From an uncultured delta proteobacterium (GTDB lineage: Bacteria > Desulfobacterota > BSN033 > UBA1163), in NCBI GenBank assembly GCA_963708295.1, contig CAVPSJ010000014.1:256001-320000 (forward strand): 64,000 bases of DNA, read 5' to 3'. Of this stretch, positions 53,181 through 63,573 are shown piece by piece; the stretch's first letter is position 1, and every line of letters starts with the position of its first letter. Under the pieces are notes generated by a model, which saw nothing but the letters and a program-made list of their open reading frames with translations, was not told the DNA's origin and did not search any database. The position numbers and the translations under genes are program-made.

Positions 53181-53453
53181 TTATCTCCATTTATAAATGA
53201 TACCGTTTGAATCGACGAAGAACGTATACGTCCAAAGATAGCCGCCATACCATCCTGTGGGAACCCATTGCTCCCAGATATAGACACTTCCGCCTTTCCC
53301 ATCAGGAGTCACTCGTGTAGGGGGACCCAGGTGTTCTCTAACCGTGGAAATAGGTTGGCCAATTTCGCCCCGCGGGAGTTGGTCGATTGCGGAACATCCG
53401 AAACTCAAAATGAATAATAACAAAATCACCCATTTAGCAAATATTGGCTTCAT
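53181..53453 (-). CDS. Small putative lipoprotein
   Basis: Lipobox SFGC, LGPPT, VYIW, TFFVDSNG..WR. Confidence 0.7.
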   Translation of the reverse strand: MKPIFAKWVILLLFILSFGCSAIDQLPRGEIGQPISTVREHLGPPTRVTPDGKGGSVYIWEQWVPTGWYGGYLWTYTFFVDSNGIIYKWR

Positions 53454-53517
53454 TCAGATTCCTTCTTCTTTTTTTAATATATCTATTACACTCATCATTA
53501 TCAATAAAAAATAAGAA

Positions 53518-53544
53518 ACCCCATTTCCTTTTGAGAAATGGGGT
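53518..53544 (-). terminator. Intrinsic terminator after the molybdopterin enzyme gene
   Basis: ACCCCATTTC..GAAATGGGGT stem followed on the minus strand by TTCTTATTTTTT. Confidence 0.7.
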
Positions 53545-53590
53545 CCTAAATTCACTTCCACGTTCTTATCGGTAACGGCGACCAAAAATA

Positions 53591-55936
53591 TTACGCCTTG
53601 GTCATTCTGCAGGGGACGCCCCTGATCTGTCCGGCGCCGTCGATCGGATCAAGCGGGCCATCCAGCGTGTGTGAAAGGTTGATATTGGGCTGCAACCTTT
53701 TTGCCATTTCCCTCTCCTCCGCCTGGTGAAAATGTGAATTGCCCCAGATGACCTTCGGATGAAGTTGAGGAGCGAAGACGACTTTCCTTCTGAAACGGTT
53801 CTTGTTTTGATGGGTCTCGATCCACACCCACTCCCCTTCCTTTATTCCCATCTCTTTTGCTGTCTCCGGATGAACCTCAATAATCGGGTCCGGCACCCTT
53901 TTTCGGCGGGTCGGCAGATTCAGGCCGAGCCCGTGGTAGATCTCCAGTGTCCTGCCGTCCGTGAGGATGAGGGGATAAGCGTTCAAGACATCTGAGGAGG
54001 GATACTTCTCCTCATAGTAGGGGAGGGGATGATATCCGTACTTCTCCAGTTTGGTCGACCAGATTTCGCATTTCCCGGTCGGGGTATCGACGCCCGGTTT
54101 GCCGTCAGGACGAAGGAGCCCCTTTTCATATTTTTTCTCAACGAGAGGGACGGAGAGAATGCCAAGCTTCTTCAATTCGGCGAATGTGATTCCTGCCTTC
54201 TTCAGTCTGAGATTGAAAAGATCTTCAGGGGTCTTGACCTGCTCCCCAAAAGGGAGAGCCACGCCCATCTTGTTGAGGACGTCGAATAGCACCTCGTACT
54301 CGTCACGACACTCCCCCAAAGGCTCGATCACCTTCTGCCGGGCAGCGATGAAATTGGGGTAGTTCTGAGCGTCGGCAATCTCGTCCCGCTCCAGCCAGGA
54401 AGCAGGAGGAATGATATAATCGGCGATATCCGCCGTCGGTGTTCTGAAGAAATCGACCACGACCAGGAGATCCAGTTTCTTCAGAGCCTCGATTACCCTC
54501 ATACTGTCCTCGGAATGGACCACGGGGTTGCTGCTCGTCCAGAGAGCCTTGATCAGGCCGCCTTTTTCCAGATCCTTGTACCAAAGCCCGGGATGGACCT
54601 TCGACCGGATCGAATTCGGTCCGGCGAAGAGGGGATACTCCGCCGCTCCGATCTGTTTTTCCTCAGCCTTTAGGTTTCGCAAATCCCTTGACGTATCGAG
54701 ATAGGAGCTGATCGGAAACTGGACGACCCCGTTCCCTTCTCTGGCATCAAAGTTCCCGGTGACCGTGATCAGCAAACTGAGAAGGCGTGTCGTCTGGATG
54801 ACATTATTATGCATGGTGGTTCCCATATGGGACAGGAGCGCAGCGGGTTTGCTCGTGGCGTAGGTCCTGGCCGCATCGATCATCTGCTTTGCGGGAACCC
54901 ACGTGATCTCTTCCACTTTTTCCGGCGTAAACGGTTCAACGACCTTTGCGAACCTTTGCCAGACCGTCTCGCAGGCAACCTCTTTTCCATCCTTTAAGGC
55001 GACCCTGAAGGTGCCGGAAAGGGCCGGCGTCATATCCGTCTTCTCATATTTCACCTCTTGGGTGTCATAGACGACAGGACGGTTTGATTTCGGGTCCCAG
55101 GCGAAATAGTTGTCAGACTTCCCTCCCTCATTTAGATCGCTCTCACGAAGAAGCCTCTTTTCATCGGTCCGTACGAGAAAGGGCGCGTTCGTCCAATCCC
55201 GGACAAAAGGCTCATCGTATAGCTTCTCCTTGATGATGACATTCAGCCAGCCCAGGGCCAGGGCATCATCGGTTGCAGGTTTGACCCTCAGCCATTGATC
55301 CGCCTCTTTAGCCACTTCATTTTTTCGGGGATCGACGACGATGAGCTTGGCGCCCTTCTTATGTCCTTCCTGGATTCTCCACCACTTCGGCGGAAAGGAG
55401 ACGGCCATATTATGTCCCCACAGGACAATCGCCTTGCTGTCATAAAAATAGGACCCGGTCAGCTCGCATTTCACGTTGATCCCGTAGGTCAGGACGTCGG
55501 CCATAATATGGGGAGTGAAGCAATAGGGGCCATCGATCGTCAAATGTTGCGGAGATCCGATAGCCTGGCAAAACATACGACTGGGAATGGCTCCCCCTTT
55601 CGGATAAGTTCCGAAGCCCGCGGTAATCGATTCCGGGCCGTGTTTCTTGATGATGTCATTCAATTTCGCCGCAATCTCACCCAGCGCCTGGTCCCACGAT
55701 ATCTCCATCCATTTTCCTTCGCCCCGTTCGCCCGCGCGCTTCATGGGATGTCTGATTCTATCCGGATGATAGAGAAGCTCGTCATACGTGAGGCCCTTGA
55801 TGCAGAGCCTTCCTTTGTTTTGAGGGTGATCCGGGTCGCCCGCGATCTTTGTGACCTTTCCGTTTTCCTTATGAACCAAGACGCCACACCCGGACATGCA
55901 ACCCTCGCAAACCGTCCTGACGATCTCTTTTTCCAT
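53591..55936 (-). CDS. Cytoplasmic bis-PGD molybdo/tungsto-enzyme (DMSO reductase family, acetylene-hydratase-like)
   Basis: CEGCMSGC-x26-C [4Fe-4S] motif, HPDR..HPMKR, VVDPR, TDDALAL, ADYIIP...LER; no Tat signal; ATG 55936 after AGGAGG. Confidence 0.88.
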   Translation of the reverse strand: MEKEIVRTVCEGCMSGCGVLVHKENGKVTKIAGDPDHPQNKGRLCIKGLTYDELLYHPDRIRHPMKRAGERGEGKWMEISWDQALGEIAAKLNDIIKKHGPESITAGFGTYPKGGAIPSRMFCQAIGSPQHLTIDGPYCFTPHIMADVLTYGINVKCELTGSYFYDSKAIVLWGHNMAVSFPPKWWRIQEGHKKGAKLIVVDPRKNEVAKEADQWLRVKPATDDALALGWLNVIIKEKLYDEPFVRDWTNAPFLVRTDEKRLLRESDLNEGGKSDNYFAWDPKSNRPVVYDTQEVKYEKTDMTPALSGTFRVALKDGKEVACETVWQRFAKVVEPFTPEKVEEITWVPAKQMIDAARTYATSKPAALLSHMGTTMHNNVIQTTRLLSLLITVTGNFDAREGNGVVQFPISSYLDTSRDLRNLKAEEKQIGAAEYPLFAGPNSIRSKVHPGLWYKDLEKGGLIKALWTSSNPVVHSEDSMRVIEALKKLDLLVVVDFFRTPTADIADYIIPPASWLERDEIADAQNYPNFIAARQKVIEPLGECRDEYEVLFDVLNKMGVALPFGEQVKTPEDLFNLRLKKAGITFAELKKLGILSVPLVEKKYEKGLLRPDGKPGVDTPTGKCEIWSTKLEKYGYHPLPYYEEKYPSSDVLNAYPLILTDGRTLEIYHGLGLNLPTRRKRVPDPIIEVHPETAKEMGIKEGEWVWIETHQNKNRFRRKVVFAPQLHPKVIWGNSHFHQAEEREMAKRLQPNINLSHTLDGPLDPIDGAGQIRGVPCRMTKA

Positions 55937-56180
55937 GTTTCTCCTCCTGGAAGCAACTCTGGTCTTCATCATATGCTTTTCTTCCGGGTTTTTCAATCTA
56001 GACTTGGTTCACGGGAAAAAGAAGGATATCTATGCAGAACGTGCCTCACAGGAAAATTAGGATGATTGGCTCCTGGAGGACAAGGATTGGGGAGAAAAGA
56101 CTGTTGTCAGAATAGGTTGGACTAAGATATCGGCCTGGCCAGGTACGTCCCGCACGAACTTTCCCTAAACCGAACGTATC

Positions 56181-57344
56181 CTAAACTTTCACCGGTGCAG
56201 AACCTTGTTCTGCATTTTTTCGCCGTTTATACTGATTCCTAATGATGTTCTGTATCGGACGCTCGAAACCAATAAAGGTAAGATACGATAGAGGAATAAG
56301 TATTAAGAAGTAAAGCACAAAATAGACAGGATTCAAATAAAATTCAGGGTTCAACATCCCATAGCTGACCAATAGCCCAAACACTAGCTGAAGAGGGAAA
56401 TGCAATAGATATAATGAGTATGTGATATCTCCAATCCAAGAAAGTTCCTTTAAAAAGTGGTTCTTGTCAATCTCGATTAGAGCGAGGCCGCACACTGTGA
56501 AAGGATAGAAAATATAATAACGAAATCCGGTTAAAAGAACTTTTCCTGTAATTCCAATTTCAAAAATAAAATCACTAAATTTAAAAACATAGAAATCAAG
56601 TATAATGAGCACCCAAGAAAGTGCCGCCACAATATAAACGAACAACTTTGCTTTATGCAACTTTGCTGATATAAGAAACGTCAAGTGAAATACTGCTCCT
56701 CCTAAAAAAAATAACGCCAACCCTGTAAAAAAAACATGGTGAGCAAATAGAGCAACGGCAAAGGACAGGATCGAAGTGCCTAAGCAAAAGAACACTCCTC
56801 CTTGGCGGAAATACGCGACAGCAAAAAATACAAAATATAGAAGAATCTCAATTGATACTACCCACACAGGGGCATTAAATGACCAACCACGCTCCAAGCC
56901 CCATTTGGAAGCAAAGCCTAAATTTAGAATAAAATGATAAATATCATTAAACGGGTAAACAAACGAATTACCATTATGTAAGATGTACACATGCTGAAGC
57001 AATGCAACAATGAGTAGTGTCAAAAAATGTAAAGGCCATAATCGGGAAAAGCGCTTTAGCCAAAACTCACCAAAACTTAAGTGCTTATTTTCTATAGGCG
57101 TCCTATAAAGCCAAAAGAAAGTAAAACCTGAAAGAATAAAGAAGTATTCAACGGCCGTAAAACCTTTTTCATAAAAAATCCTAAATATTGCATATAAAGG
57201 CTCGCCTGCTCTGTTAAAGTTCTCGGAAAGAGAATTGCTAATGGATCCGAAATGCTGCCAATGCCATATCACCACCGCCAACGTAGCGATACCTCTCGAT
57301 ACATTCAAGGCGTAAAACCTTTTTGGCCAGGTATTACTATTCAT
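56181..57344 (-). CDS. Acyltransferase-3 family (OafA-like) membrane protein, AT-rich
   Basis: RGIA.LAVV.WH, AVEYFFILSGF, RFSRLWP, NAPVW..SIE, GDITYSLYLLHFP, FERP. Confidence 0.88.
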   Translation of the reverse strand: MNSNTWPKRFYALNVSRGIATLAVVIWHWQHFGSISNSLSENFNRAGEPLYAIFRIFYEKGFTAVEYFFILSGFTFFWLYRTPIENKHLSFGEFWLKRFSRLWPLHFLTLLIVALLQHVYILHNGNSFVYPFNDIYHFILNLGFASKWGLERGWSFNAPVWVVSIEILLYFVFFAVAYFRQGGVFFCLGTSILSFAVALFAHHVFFTGLALFFLGGAVFHLTFLISAKLHKAKLFVYIVAALSWVLIILDFYVFKFSDFIFEIGITGKVLLTGFRYYIFYPFTVCGLALIEIDKNHFLKELSWIGDITYSLYLLHFPLQLVFGLLVSYGMLNPEFYLNPVYFVLYFLILIPLSYLTFIGFERPIQNIIRNQYKRRKNAEQGSAPVKV

Positions 57345-57359
57345 CGTTGTTATTATGCT

Positions 57360-58628
57360 TCATGGAAGATTTTCAGGTGAACCATCAGAAAGGAGTTTGT
57401 CGACCAGTTGAAGAGGATGAAGGACTTGGATGCGGTCTTTCTCGGTCAGATTCCCGCCGATGGTGACCCGGCAGCCCGGGCATCCGGTAACGACGATAGA
57501 AGCTCCTGTCTCCCGGATGTTCTTTAATTTATTTTCCGTGATTCCTCTGGAAATCTGGGGAAAGTCGAACTGGAAAGACCCTCCGCCCCCGCAGCAGATG
57601 TTGGCATCTTTCATTTCGACAAATTCCACCCCGGGCAGAGCCTTCAATATCTTTCGAGGTGGCTGGCTTATACCTTGTGCCCTTACCAGGTGGCAGGGGT
57701 CGTGGTAGGTCACCCGAATCTTCTCCCCGCTTCCGTCCTTTCGGAACGGGAGAAGATGAATCCTCTCGGCGACATATTCCATGACATCAACGGTTTTCTT
57801 ACTCAAGGCTTCGGCCTGGGTTGTATCCATTCCTTTTCTTTTCAGCAAGGCGATATATTCTTTCTTAAAGGCCGCTCCGCACGTGGCGCAGTCCACAATG
57901 ACGGTTTGGACCTCCTCGCGCGCCATGGCCGCAATATTCTTCTCCACATTGCTGAAAGGGATATCCGCTTCTCCTGATAAGATGGGGGCGATGCCGCAGC
58001 AGTCCTGCCCGGATGGGATGTCTATCTGCAATTGCAGCTTCTTCAGGATGCTTACCACTGCCTGACCGACATCCTCTGCAAAATAGTTGGTGAAACAGCC
58101 AGTGAAGTAGTAGACCCGGCCACTCGGCGTACCGTCCGGAAGAATAGTTCCATGGAAGCGGTCCCGGAAGGGTTTCGGATTGACCTTAGGCAATTTTTCG
58201 ACGGGGATGTTTCCAACCCGCATGCTCTTGGCAAAGGTTTGGAGCAGCCAATTGCGTCCGAGTCTGGCGAAGATCTGCGAAGCGTGGAGAAGTTTCTCGT
58301 TTGTCAGCAGACGGAAGATGAACTGTTTTTTCCAGTTCAGTCCGTATTTCTTGATCAGCTTCGTCCGCAAATCCGTGAAGACCTGATCGTGCCGGACGCC
58401 GCTGGGGCAATTCACGACGCAGTTTTCACAGAGGAGGCAGGTCAGGATGATTTCTTTGAAGCGCTTTGAAAGCTCGACGTCGCCTTCCAGGAAGTTTTTT
58501 ACCAGCTGGACTTTTCCCCGGGGGCTTGCGGCCTCCATGAGGACCTGCTGGTAGACCGGACACGCAGGGATGCAGAGGCCGCACTTATTGCACCGATCAA
58601 CCATCTCCCGTGTCTCTTGTAGTTCCAT
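57360..58628 (-). CDS. GlcF-like Fe-S protein (2x[4Fe-4S] plus two CCG domains)
   Basis: CNKCGLC...CP, CLLCENC...CP, FTGC, CCG, YHDPCHL, CCGGGG, CPGC. Confidence 0.9.
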   Translation of the reverse strand: MELQETREMVDRCNKCGLCIPACPVYQQVLMEAASPRGKVQLVKNFLEGDVELSKRFKEIILTCLLCENCVVNCPSGVRHDQVFTDLRTKLIKKYGLNWKKQFIFRLLTNEKLLHASQIFARLGRNWLLQTFAKSMRVGNIPVEKLPKVNPKPFRDRFHGTILPDGTPSGRVYYFTGCFTNYFAEDVGQAVVSILKKLQLQIDIPSGQDCCGIAPILSGEADIPFSNVEKNIAAMAREEVQTVIVDCATCGAAFKKEYIALLKRKGMDTTQAEALSKKTVDVMEYVAERIHLLPFRKDGSGEKIRVTYHDPCHLVRAQGISQPPRKILKALPGVEFVEMKDANICCGGGGSFQFDFPQISRGITENKLKNIRETGASIVVTGCPGCRVTIGGNLTEKDRIQVLHPLQLVDKLLSDGSPENLP

Positions 58629-58642
58629 CTAATTACCCATAT

Positions 58643-58728
58643 GGGGGATTAGGGAGATGCGGAGGTAGGGAGAAAATGAAAAGATCCTTTTTTCTCCCCA
58701 AACCCCAAGCTCCCCAAATCCCCAAATC
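58643..58728. repeat. Octamer-repeat palindrome
   Basis: GGGGGATTAGGGAGAT.. versus CCCCAAAC CCCAAGCT CCCCAAAT CCCCAAAT. Confidence 0.5.
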
Positions 58729-58733
58729 AGAAT

Positions 58734-60116
58734 TTATGTTAGCCGGACGACTTTATCCGGGTTCAAGATATTGAGGGGATCAAAAACTCTTTTCAGATTT
58801 CGCGTAATCTCCATTGCTGCTTCCCCAATTTCAAAGGAGAGGATCTCCCTTTTTGCGATTCCGATCCCGTGTTCCCCGGTCAGGGTGCCGCCCAGCTCGA
58901 CCGCTTTGAACGAAATCTCATCGATCGCTTTGACCACCCTCTCCATCTCTTCCTTATTCCGGATATCCGTCAGGATCTGGGGATGTAAGTTCCCGTCACC
59001 GGCATGAGCCACGATCGGAATCAGCAAATTGTATTTCTGGGCGATCTTGCCGACCTCCTGAAACATGGTCACCAGCTTTGTCACGGGGACTGTGCAATCC
59101 TCTGCGATGGCGGTTGGTCTTAACCGGGCTTCGGCCCCATAGGCGGAGCGCCTGGCCCTCCAGATCTCTTCATTCTCGGCTGCAGTCTTGGCGAGCTTCA
59201 CCTCATGAGCCCCCATCTCCTGTAAGAGTTTGGTCAGCCGTTCTGCCTGGTCGATGACGCCGGCCTCCGGTCCGTCGACCTCAATCAAGAGCAGGGCTTC
59301 AGCTTCCCGGGGAAGACCGATATGGGTGTAATCTTCAATAATGTTGATAAAAGTCTTGTCCAGGAGCTCCAGCGCCACGGGGAGAATTCCCATATCCAGG
59401 ACTTTGAGCACTGTCTTCCCGGCATCGGCTAAATTCTTATACGCAGCCTGGAGCGTTCTTTTGGCCTCCGGTAAAGGAATCAACTTCAAGATGATTTCGG
59501 TGATAAGGCCCAGGGTTCCCTCCGAGCCGCAGAAGAGTTGGGTCAGATTGTATCCCGTGACATTCTTAATCGTCTTTCCCCCTGTCCGCAAAACCTGACC
59601 GGAGGCCAGGACGACCTCCATCCCGAGAAGGTAATCCTTGGTCACGCCATATTTTACGGCCCTGGGGCCGCCCGCATTTTCCGCCACATTTCCTCCCATC
59701 GTCGTGACCGCCATGCTTCCGGGGTCAGGAGGATAGTAGAGACCGTATTTGGCGAGCTCTTTCTGAAAATCCATATTGACCACACCGGGTTGAACGACGG
59801 CAACCCGATTCTCTTTATCGATATCGAGAATTTTGTTCATTTTGGTAAAGGTGAGGGCGATCCCTCCACGGATCGGAACGGATCCGCCGGTGAGGTTGGT
59901 AGCAGCTCCCCGGGCCGTCACGGGGATTTTTTCCCTGGTGGCAACTTTCATAATCTTTGAGACTTCTTCGGTCGTCACCGGGAAAAGAACGACGTCCGGT
60001 TGGCTTTTCACCATGAAGGCGTCGTAGGAATAGATCAGGAGATCTTCCTTCTCGTCCAGGTACCTATCGGGCCCCACAATGCCTTTCAACTCCGCCTTAA
60101 GTTCATTGCTCAGCAT
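58734..60116 (-). CDS. FAD-linked 2-hydroxyacid oxidase/dehydrogenase (GlcD-like)
   Basis: YPPDPGS, GGNVAENAGG, KYGVT, GSEGTLG, HAGDGNLHP, GEHGIG, LNP. Confidence 0.92.
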   Translation of the reverse strand: MLSNELKAELKGIVGPDRYLDEKEDLLIYSYDAFMVKSQPDVVLFPVTTEEVSKIMKVATREKIPVTARGAATNLTGGSVPIRGGIALTFTKMNKILDIDKENRVAVVQPGVVNMDFQKELAKYGLYYPPDPGSMAVTTMGGNVAENAGGPRAVKYGVTKDYLLGMEVVLASGQVLRTGGKTIKNVTGYNLTQLFCGSEGTLGLITEIILKLIPLPEAKRTLQAAYKNLADAGKTVLKVLDMGILPVALELLDKTFINIIEDYTHIGLPREAEALLLIEVDGPEAGVIDQAERLTKLLQEMGAHEVKLAKTAAENEEIWRARRSAYGAEARLRPTAIAEDCTVPVTKLVTMFQEVGKIAQKYNLLIPIVAHAGDGNLHPQILTDIRNKEEMERVVKAIDEISFKAVELGGTLTGEHGIGIAKREILSFEIGEAAMEITRNLKRVFDPLNILNPDKVVRLT

Positions 60117-60202
60117 GGGTTCCAACCTCCCGGCCACACATGAAATGTGTCAAATTCCAAGCACCAAATCCCAAACTCCCAAGAATACTACTCCGCCATA
60201 TA

Positions 60203-60288
60203 CACCCCATCCCCCTCCTTGCCTCCCCCTTGAAGGGGGAGGAATACCGATTTCCCTCCTCCTGAAGGGGAGGGAAATGGTGGGAGTG
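60203..60288. repeat. Paired CCTCCCCCTTGAAGGGGGAGG hairpins (REP-like)
   Basis: Two related palindromes; a similar half-site occurs at 32600-32646. Confidence 0.55.
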
Positions 60289-60301
60289 TGATGATACCAT
60301 T

Positions 60302-61528
60302 CTACTTCTTCGCCGATTTGACTTCCTTCACGATTTTCTTAAACTCGCTCTCTTTCACCGTTCGCTTCAGGTCATTGGCCTTCAGTTTTACCCGCCGAAG
60401 GACTTCCATGCCGTCTTCATCGGAGAGTTTGATTCCCAGCTTAGTTGACCAGAGCGCGATGTTGTCGACCCCGCTCTTCTTACCCATCAGGATCTCGGGC
60501 ATGTCATGACCGATGAATTTCGGGTGTACCGGGAAAACGATGGTAGGATCTTTCTCGAAAGCATTTTTATACCAGCTTGTGACGATTCCCGACTCGACCG
60601 CGTAGGCCTTATTGCCGATAAAGGGCCGGTTTTCAGGAGATTCGATCCCTGACAGGTCACTCACGAGTCTTGAAAGTTCATTCAGTTTACCGTAGTCGAT
60701 TCCCACGTCGATTCCGTAAAACGTTAATAGCGCCAAAACCGTTTCTTCCATAGGGGCATTGCCGCATCGTTCGCCAATTCCGCCAATGGTTGTATGAAGT
60801 ACTTCTGCCCCGGATAGGACCGCCATGAGGGTGTTGGCGACGCCGAGGCCGAAATCGGAGTGGAAGTGGATTTCGAGAGGCTTCTTCACATTCTCTTTGA
60901 TCTTTCGGGTAAAATAAGTTGCCGCTTGAGGGGAAAGCACACCGAAGGTGTCCACGAGGGTGAAGGCATCCATGTGCCCTTCCGTGGCTACCCGATTCAC
61001 CAATTTGAGCAACCAGTCCATGTCGGTTCGGGTGCCGTCGATCGTGAAGAAGACGGTATACAGTCCCTGCGTCTTGGCGAAAGCGGTGGCCTTGATGGAA
61101 AGGTCGATAGCCTTCTCCAACGGCCATTTGTAAGCATGTTCAACCAGATGGGCACTGGCAGGAATTTCGATCACAATCCCTTTGACACCGCAGTCCACTG
61201 CCTTTTTCACATCGTCCACCATGCAGCGGGTGAAACAGAAAATCTCCGGACCGAGATTCCGTTTCACGATCTCCTTGATCGCCGCCTCATCCGGAGGGGA
61301 GACAGCCGGCATGCCGGCCTCGATTCGATGCACGCCTACTTCAGCCAATTTTTCGGCGATCCGCACTTTATCGTCTTTGGTGAAGATCACTCCCGCCTGT
61401 TGTTCCCCGTCACGGAGCGTAACATCGTGGACGATCACTTTCTTCGGGGGAGTGAAATCCTTGGTCACTTCGGTCAAGTAGTTCCAAGGGCTCACAAACC
61501 AATTGTCAGTCTTCCAGGGTGTACTCAT
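60302..61528 (-). CDS. LeuA/homocitrate-synthase-family (DRE-TIM metallolyase) protein without regulatory domain
   Basis: DVTLRDGEQ, IEAG, DTFG, HFHSDFG, GIGERCGNA, ESGI, GKKSG. Confidence 0.88.
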   Translation of the reverse strand: MSTPWKTDNWFVSPWNYLTEVTKDFTPPKKVIVHDVTLRDGEQQAGVIFTKDDKVRIAEKLAEVGVHRIEAGMPAVSPPDEAAIKEIVKRNLGPEIFCFTRCMVDDVKKAVDCGVKGIVIEIPASAHLVEHAYKWPLEKAIDLSIKATAFAKTQGLYTVFFTIDGTRTDMDWLLKLVNRVATEGHMDAFTLVDTFGVLSPQAATYFTRKIKENVKKPLEIHFHSDFGLGVANTLMAVLSGAEVLHTTIGGIGERCGNAPMEETVLALLTFYGIDVGIDYGKLNELSRLVSDLSGIESPENRPFIGNKAYAVESGIVTSWYKNAFEKDPTIVFPVHPKFIGHDMPEILMGKKSGVDNIALWSTKLGIKLSDEDGMEVLRRVKLKANDLKRTVKESEFKKIVKEVKSAKK

Positions 61529-61626
61529 TCTTCAAATCCTCCTTTTTTGTTTTTTGTCGAATGTTCATAATAACATAGCTTGCCTCGTCTCTGCCACGGA
61601 TGGACAGCGCGAATCAACCTATAATG

Positions 61627-61819
61627 AGGTTGCTGAAAAACGCCCATCAGTCCCGGGCTTCAAGGGATTTCCCTCATCCTTCCCCGTGTCAAGTACGGGG
61701 CAGGCTTATTGCAGCACCGTAGGGGACGCATATATGCGTCCCCTACAAAGGATTTTGGATGGCCCCGGTAAACGGGATTTCGAAGACTCAACTTGCATCT
61801 GACCATTTTTGAGCACCCT
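61627..61819. mobile_element. MITE with internal GTAG REP (family D, copy 2)
   Basis: AGGTTGCTGAAAAACGCCC start, GTAGGGGACGCATATATGCGTCCCCTAC, CTCAACTTGCATCTGA, TTTTTGAGCACCCT end. Confidence 0.75.
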
Positions 61820-61872
61820 TAAAAAGATGACTTTTTCAAGATCCCGTTAATCAATCAATAGGTCATTTTTTG

Positions 61873-61917
61873 GGATTGCTTCGTCGCCCCGCCGGAGCGG
61901 GACACCTCGCAATGACA
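61873..61917. repeat. GATTGCTTCG...CTCGCAATGAC palindromic repeat
   Basis: REP-like hairpin just downstream of the amidohydrolase stop. Confidence 0.5.
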
Positions 61918-61943
61918 GCTTTCTCTTGGCCTTCACTATAGTT

Positions 61944-63301
61944 TTACGACGTCTTTTCTCGGGTGACGAATCTTCCCCAGCCCGGCTCTCCGATCACCTT
62001 TCCGTCGCTCATCACCACTTTACCCCGGACCATGGTTAATACGACATCCCCTGCTGTTTCCTTCCCATGATAGGGGGTCCATCCGCATTTAGAAAGGATC
62101 TGGCTGTCCTCCAGGCGCCGTTTGCGCTTCATGTCAACGAAGATCAAATCTGCGTCATTGCCCACGCGCAAAAATCCCTTCTGTTCGACCAGGCCATAGA
62201 TCATGGCAGGTTTCTCACTTCGTACCTCCGCCACTCGAGAGAGTGTCCACTTTCCGGCTGCAACGCCATCCAACAAAATGGCGATCGCTGTCTCCACTCC
62301 GGGGATGCCAAACGGCGCACGCCAGATATCTTTCAGCCCGGCTTCCTTTTCTGAACGGGGATAAGGACAGTGATCGGAGTTGACCATGTCGATCAGGCCC
62401 TGGGCGAGGCATTGCTCCATCTTCTCCACTTCGTCCTTTTTGCGCGGCGGCGGAGTGAACTTGGCAAACGGTCCTTTTGACTTCAGATCCTCCTCGGTTA
62501 AGCAGAGGTACTGAGGGCACGTCTCCGTATAGACGGAGACTCCTTGAGCCCTTGCTGCGGCCTGGGCAAGAACGAGAAGAGGAAGGCTGGTGTGAGCCAC
62601 TGCAACCCGGGCCCCTGTCTTCTTTGCGGCATAGATCAGGGTCCGGACCGCAGATTTCCTCTGCTTCGGGCGACCGCCACTCCGAAACGATCAAAGGATC
62701 CTTCCGGCCCTCTCTCCGCAGCCGCTCTTCTGCCTTCTTGAGGAGGGAATCATCTTCGCAATGGAAGAGAGCGATGCCGTCGAATTTCCGGATCTCCGTT
62801 AGAATCTCCATCAGGTTGCCGATGCTGAGGGCTTCGGCCTCATGCAGCTCACACGTGAATCCCTTGAAGCCTAAAGCCCCTTCCTCCCACAGGCCCTTCA
62901 GATTTCCAAGATTGGTCAGGCTCAAACCGCCCAACAACCCAAAATCGACGACGGAACGGGTCTTCAGGTATTCCCTCTTTTCCAAGAGCTCCTTTGCGCC
63001 GAAGACCTGGGGCTTTGTGCGGTGGTGATCGATGACCGTGGTGACTCCTCCTCTGGCGGCTGCGCTGGTTCCTGTTGATGAAATCCTCCCGGTCGGTGTA
63101 GCCCGGGTCCATCATGTGGACATGTCCGTCGATCGCTCCGGGAAGGACATAGAGACCCTTGGCATCGATCAGTTCCCGAGGGTGGTTCTCCAGGGATCGG
63201 GTGATCCCGACGATCTTTCCTTCTTTGATATAGAGAACACCCGGCCGGATAATTTTAGAATCGACCAGAAGACCATTGGTGATCGCAAGATCCGCATTCA
63301 T
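61944..63301 (-). CDS. Dihydroorotase/allantoinase-family amidohydrolase (frameshifts near 63075 and 62655)
   Basis: LPGAIDGHVH..DPG, FHCED, ETCPQYL, SDHCP, GIPGVE, KCGWTPY, TMVRG. Confidence 0.9.
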
Positions 63302-63377
63302 AGAACAACCTCCAGAATATCTTCCCTCATCTCGGGAGAAGCGAGGAATGTGAAATTTTATTAAAATTGCACCTAAA

Positions 63378-63573
63378 AAACCCCATCTTGTGGGCGAGGA
63401 CGAAAGGTGCGTTTGCTGAAGGCAAAAAAACAAACCAGATGCTGAAACAAGTTCAGCATGACATGACGGTTTGGCTCTGTTCTTTTTGTCATCCCGAACT
63501 TGTTTCGGGAATCTCTATTTTGGGTTCAAAAATTCAGGTGTTAACGTCCCGCCCTGTGGGCGGGGTTATTTAC
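63378..63573 (+). mobile_element. Composite palindromic element (family C, copy 2)
   Basis: CAGATGCTGAAACAAGTTCAGCATGAC, GTCATCCCGAACTTGTTTCGGGA, terminal CCCGCCCTGTGGGCGGGG. Confidence 0.8.
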
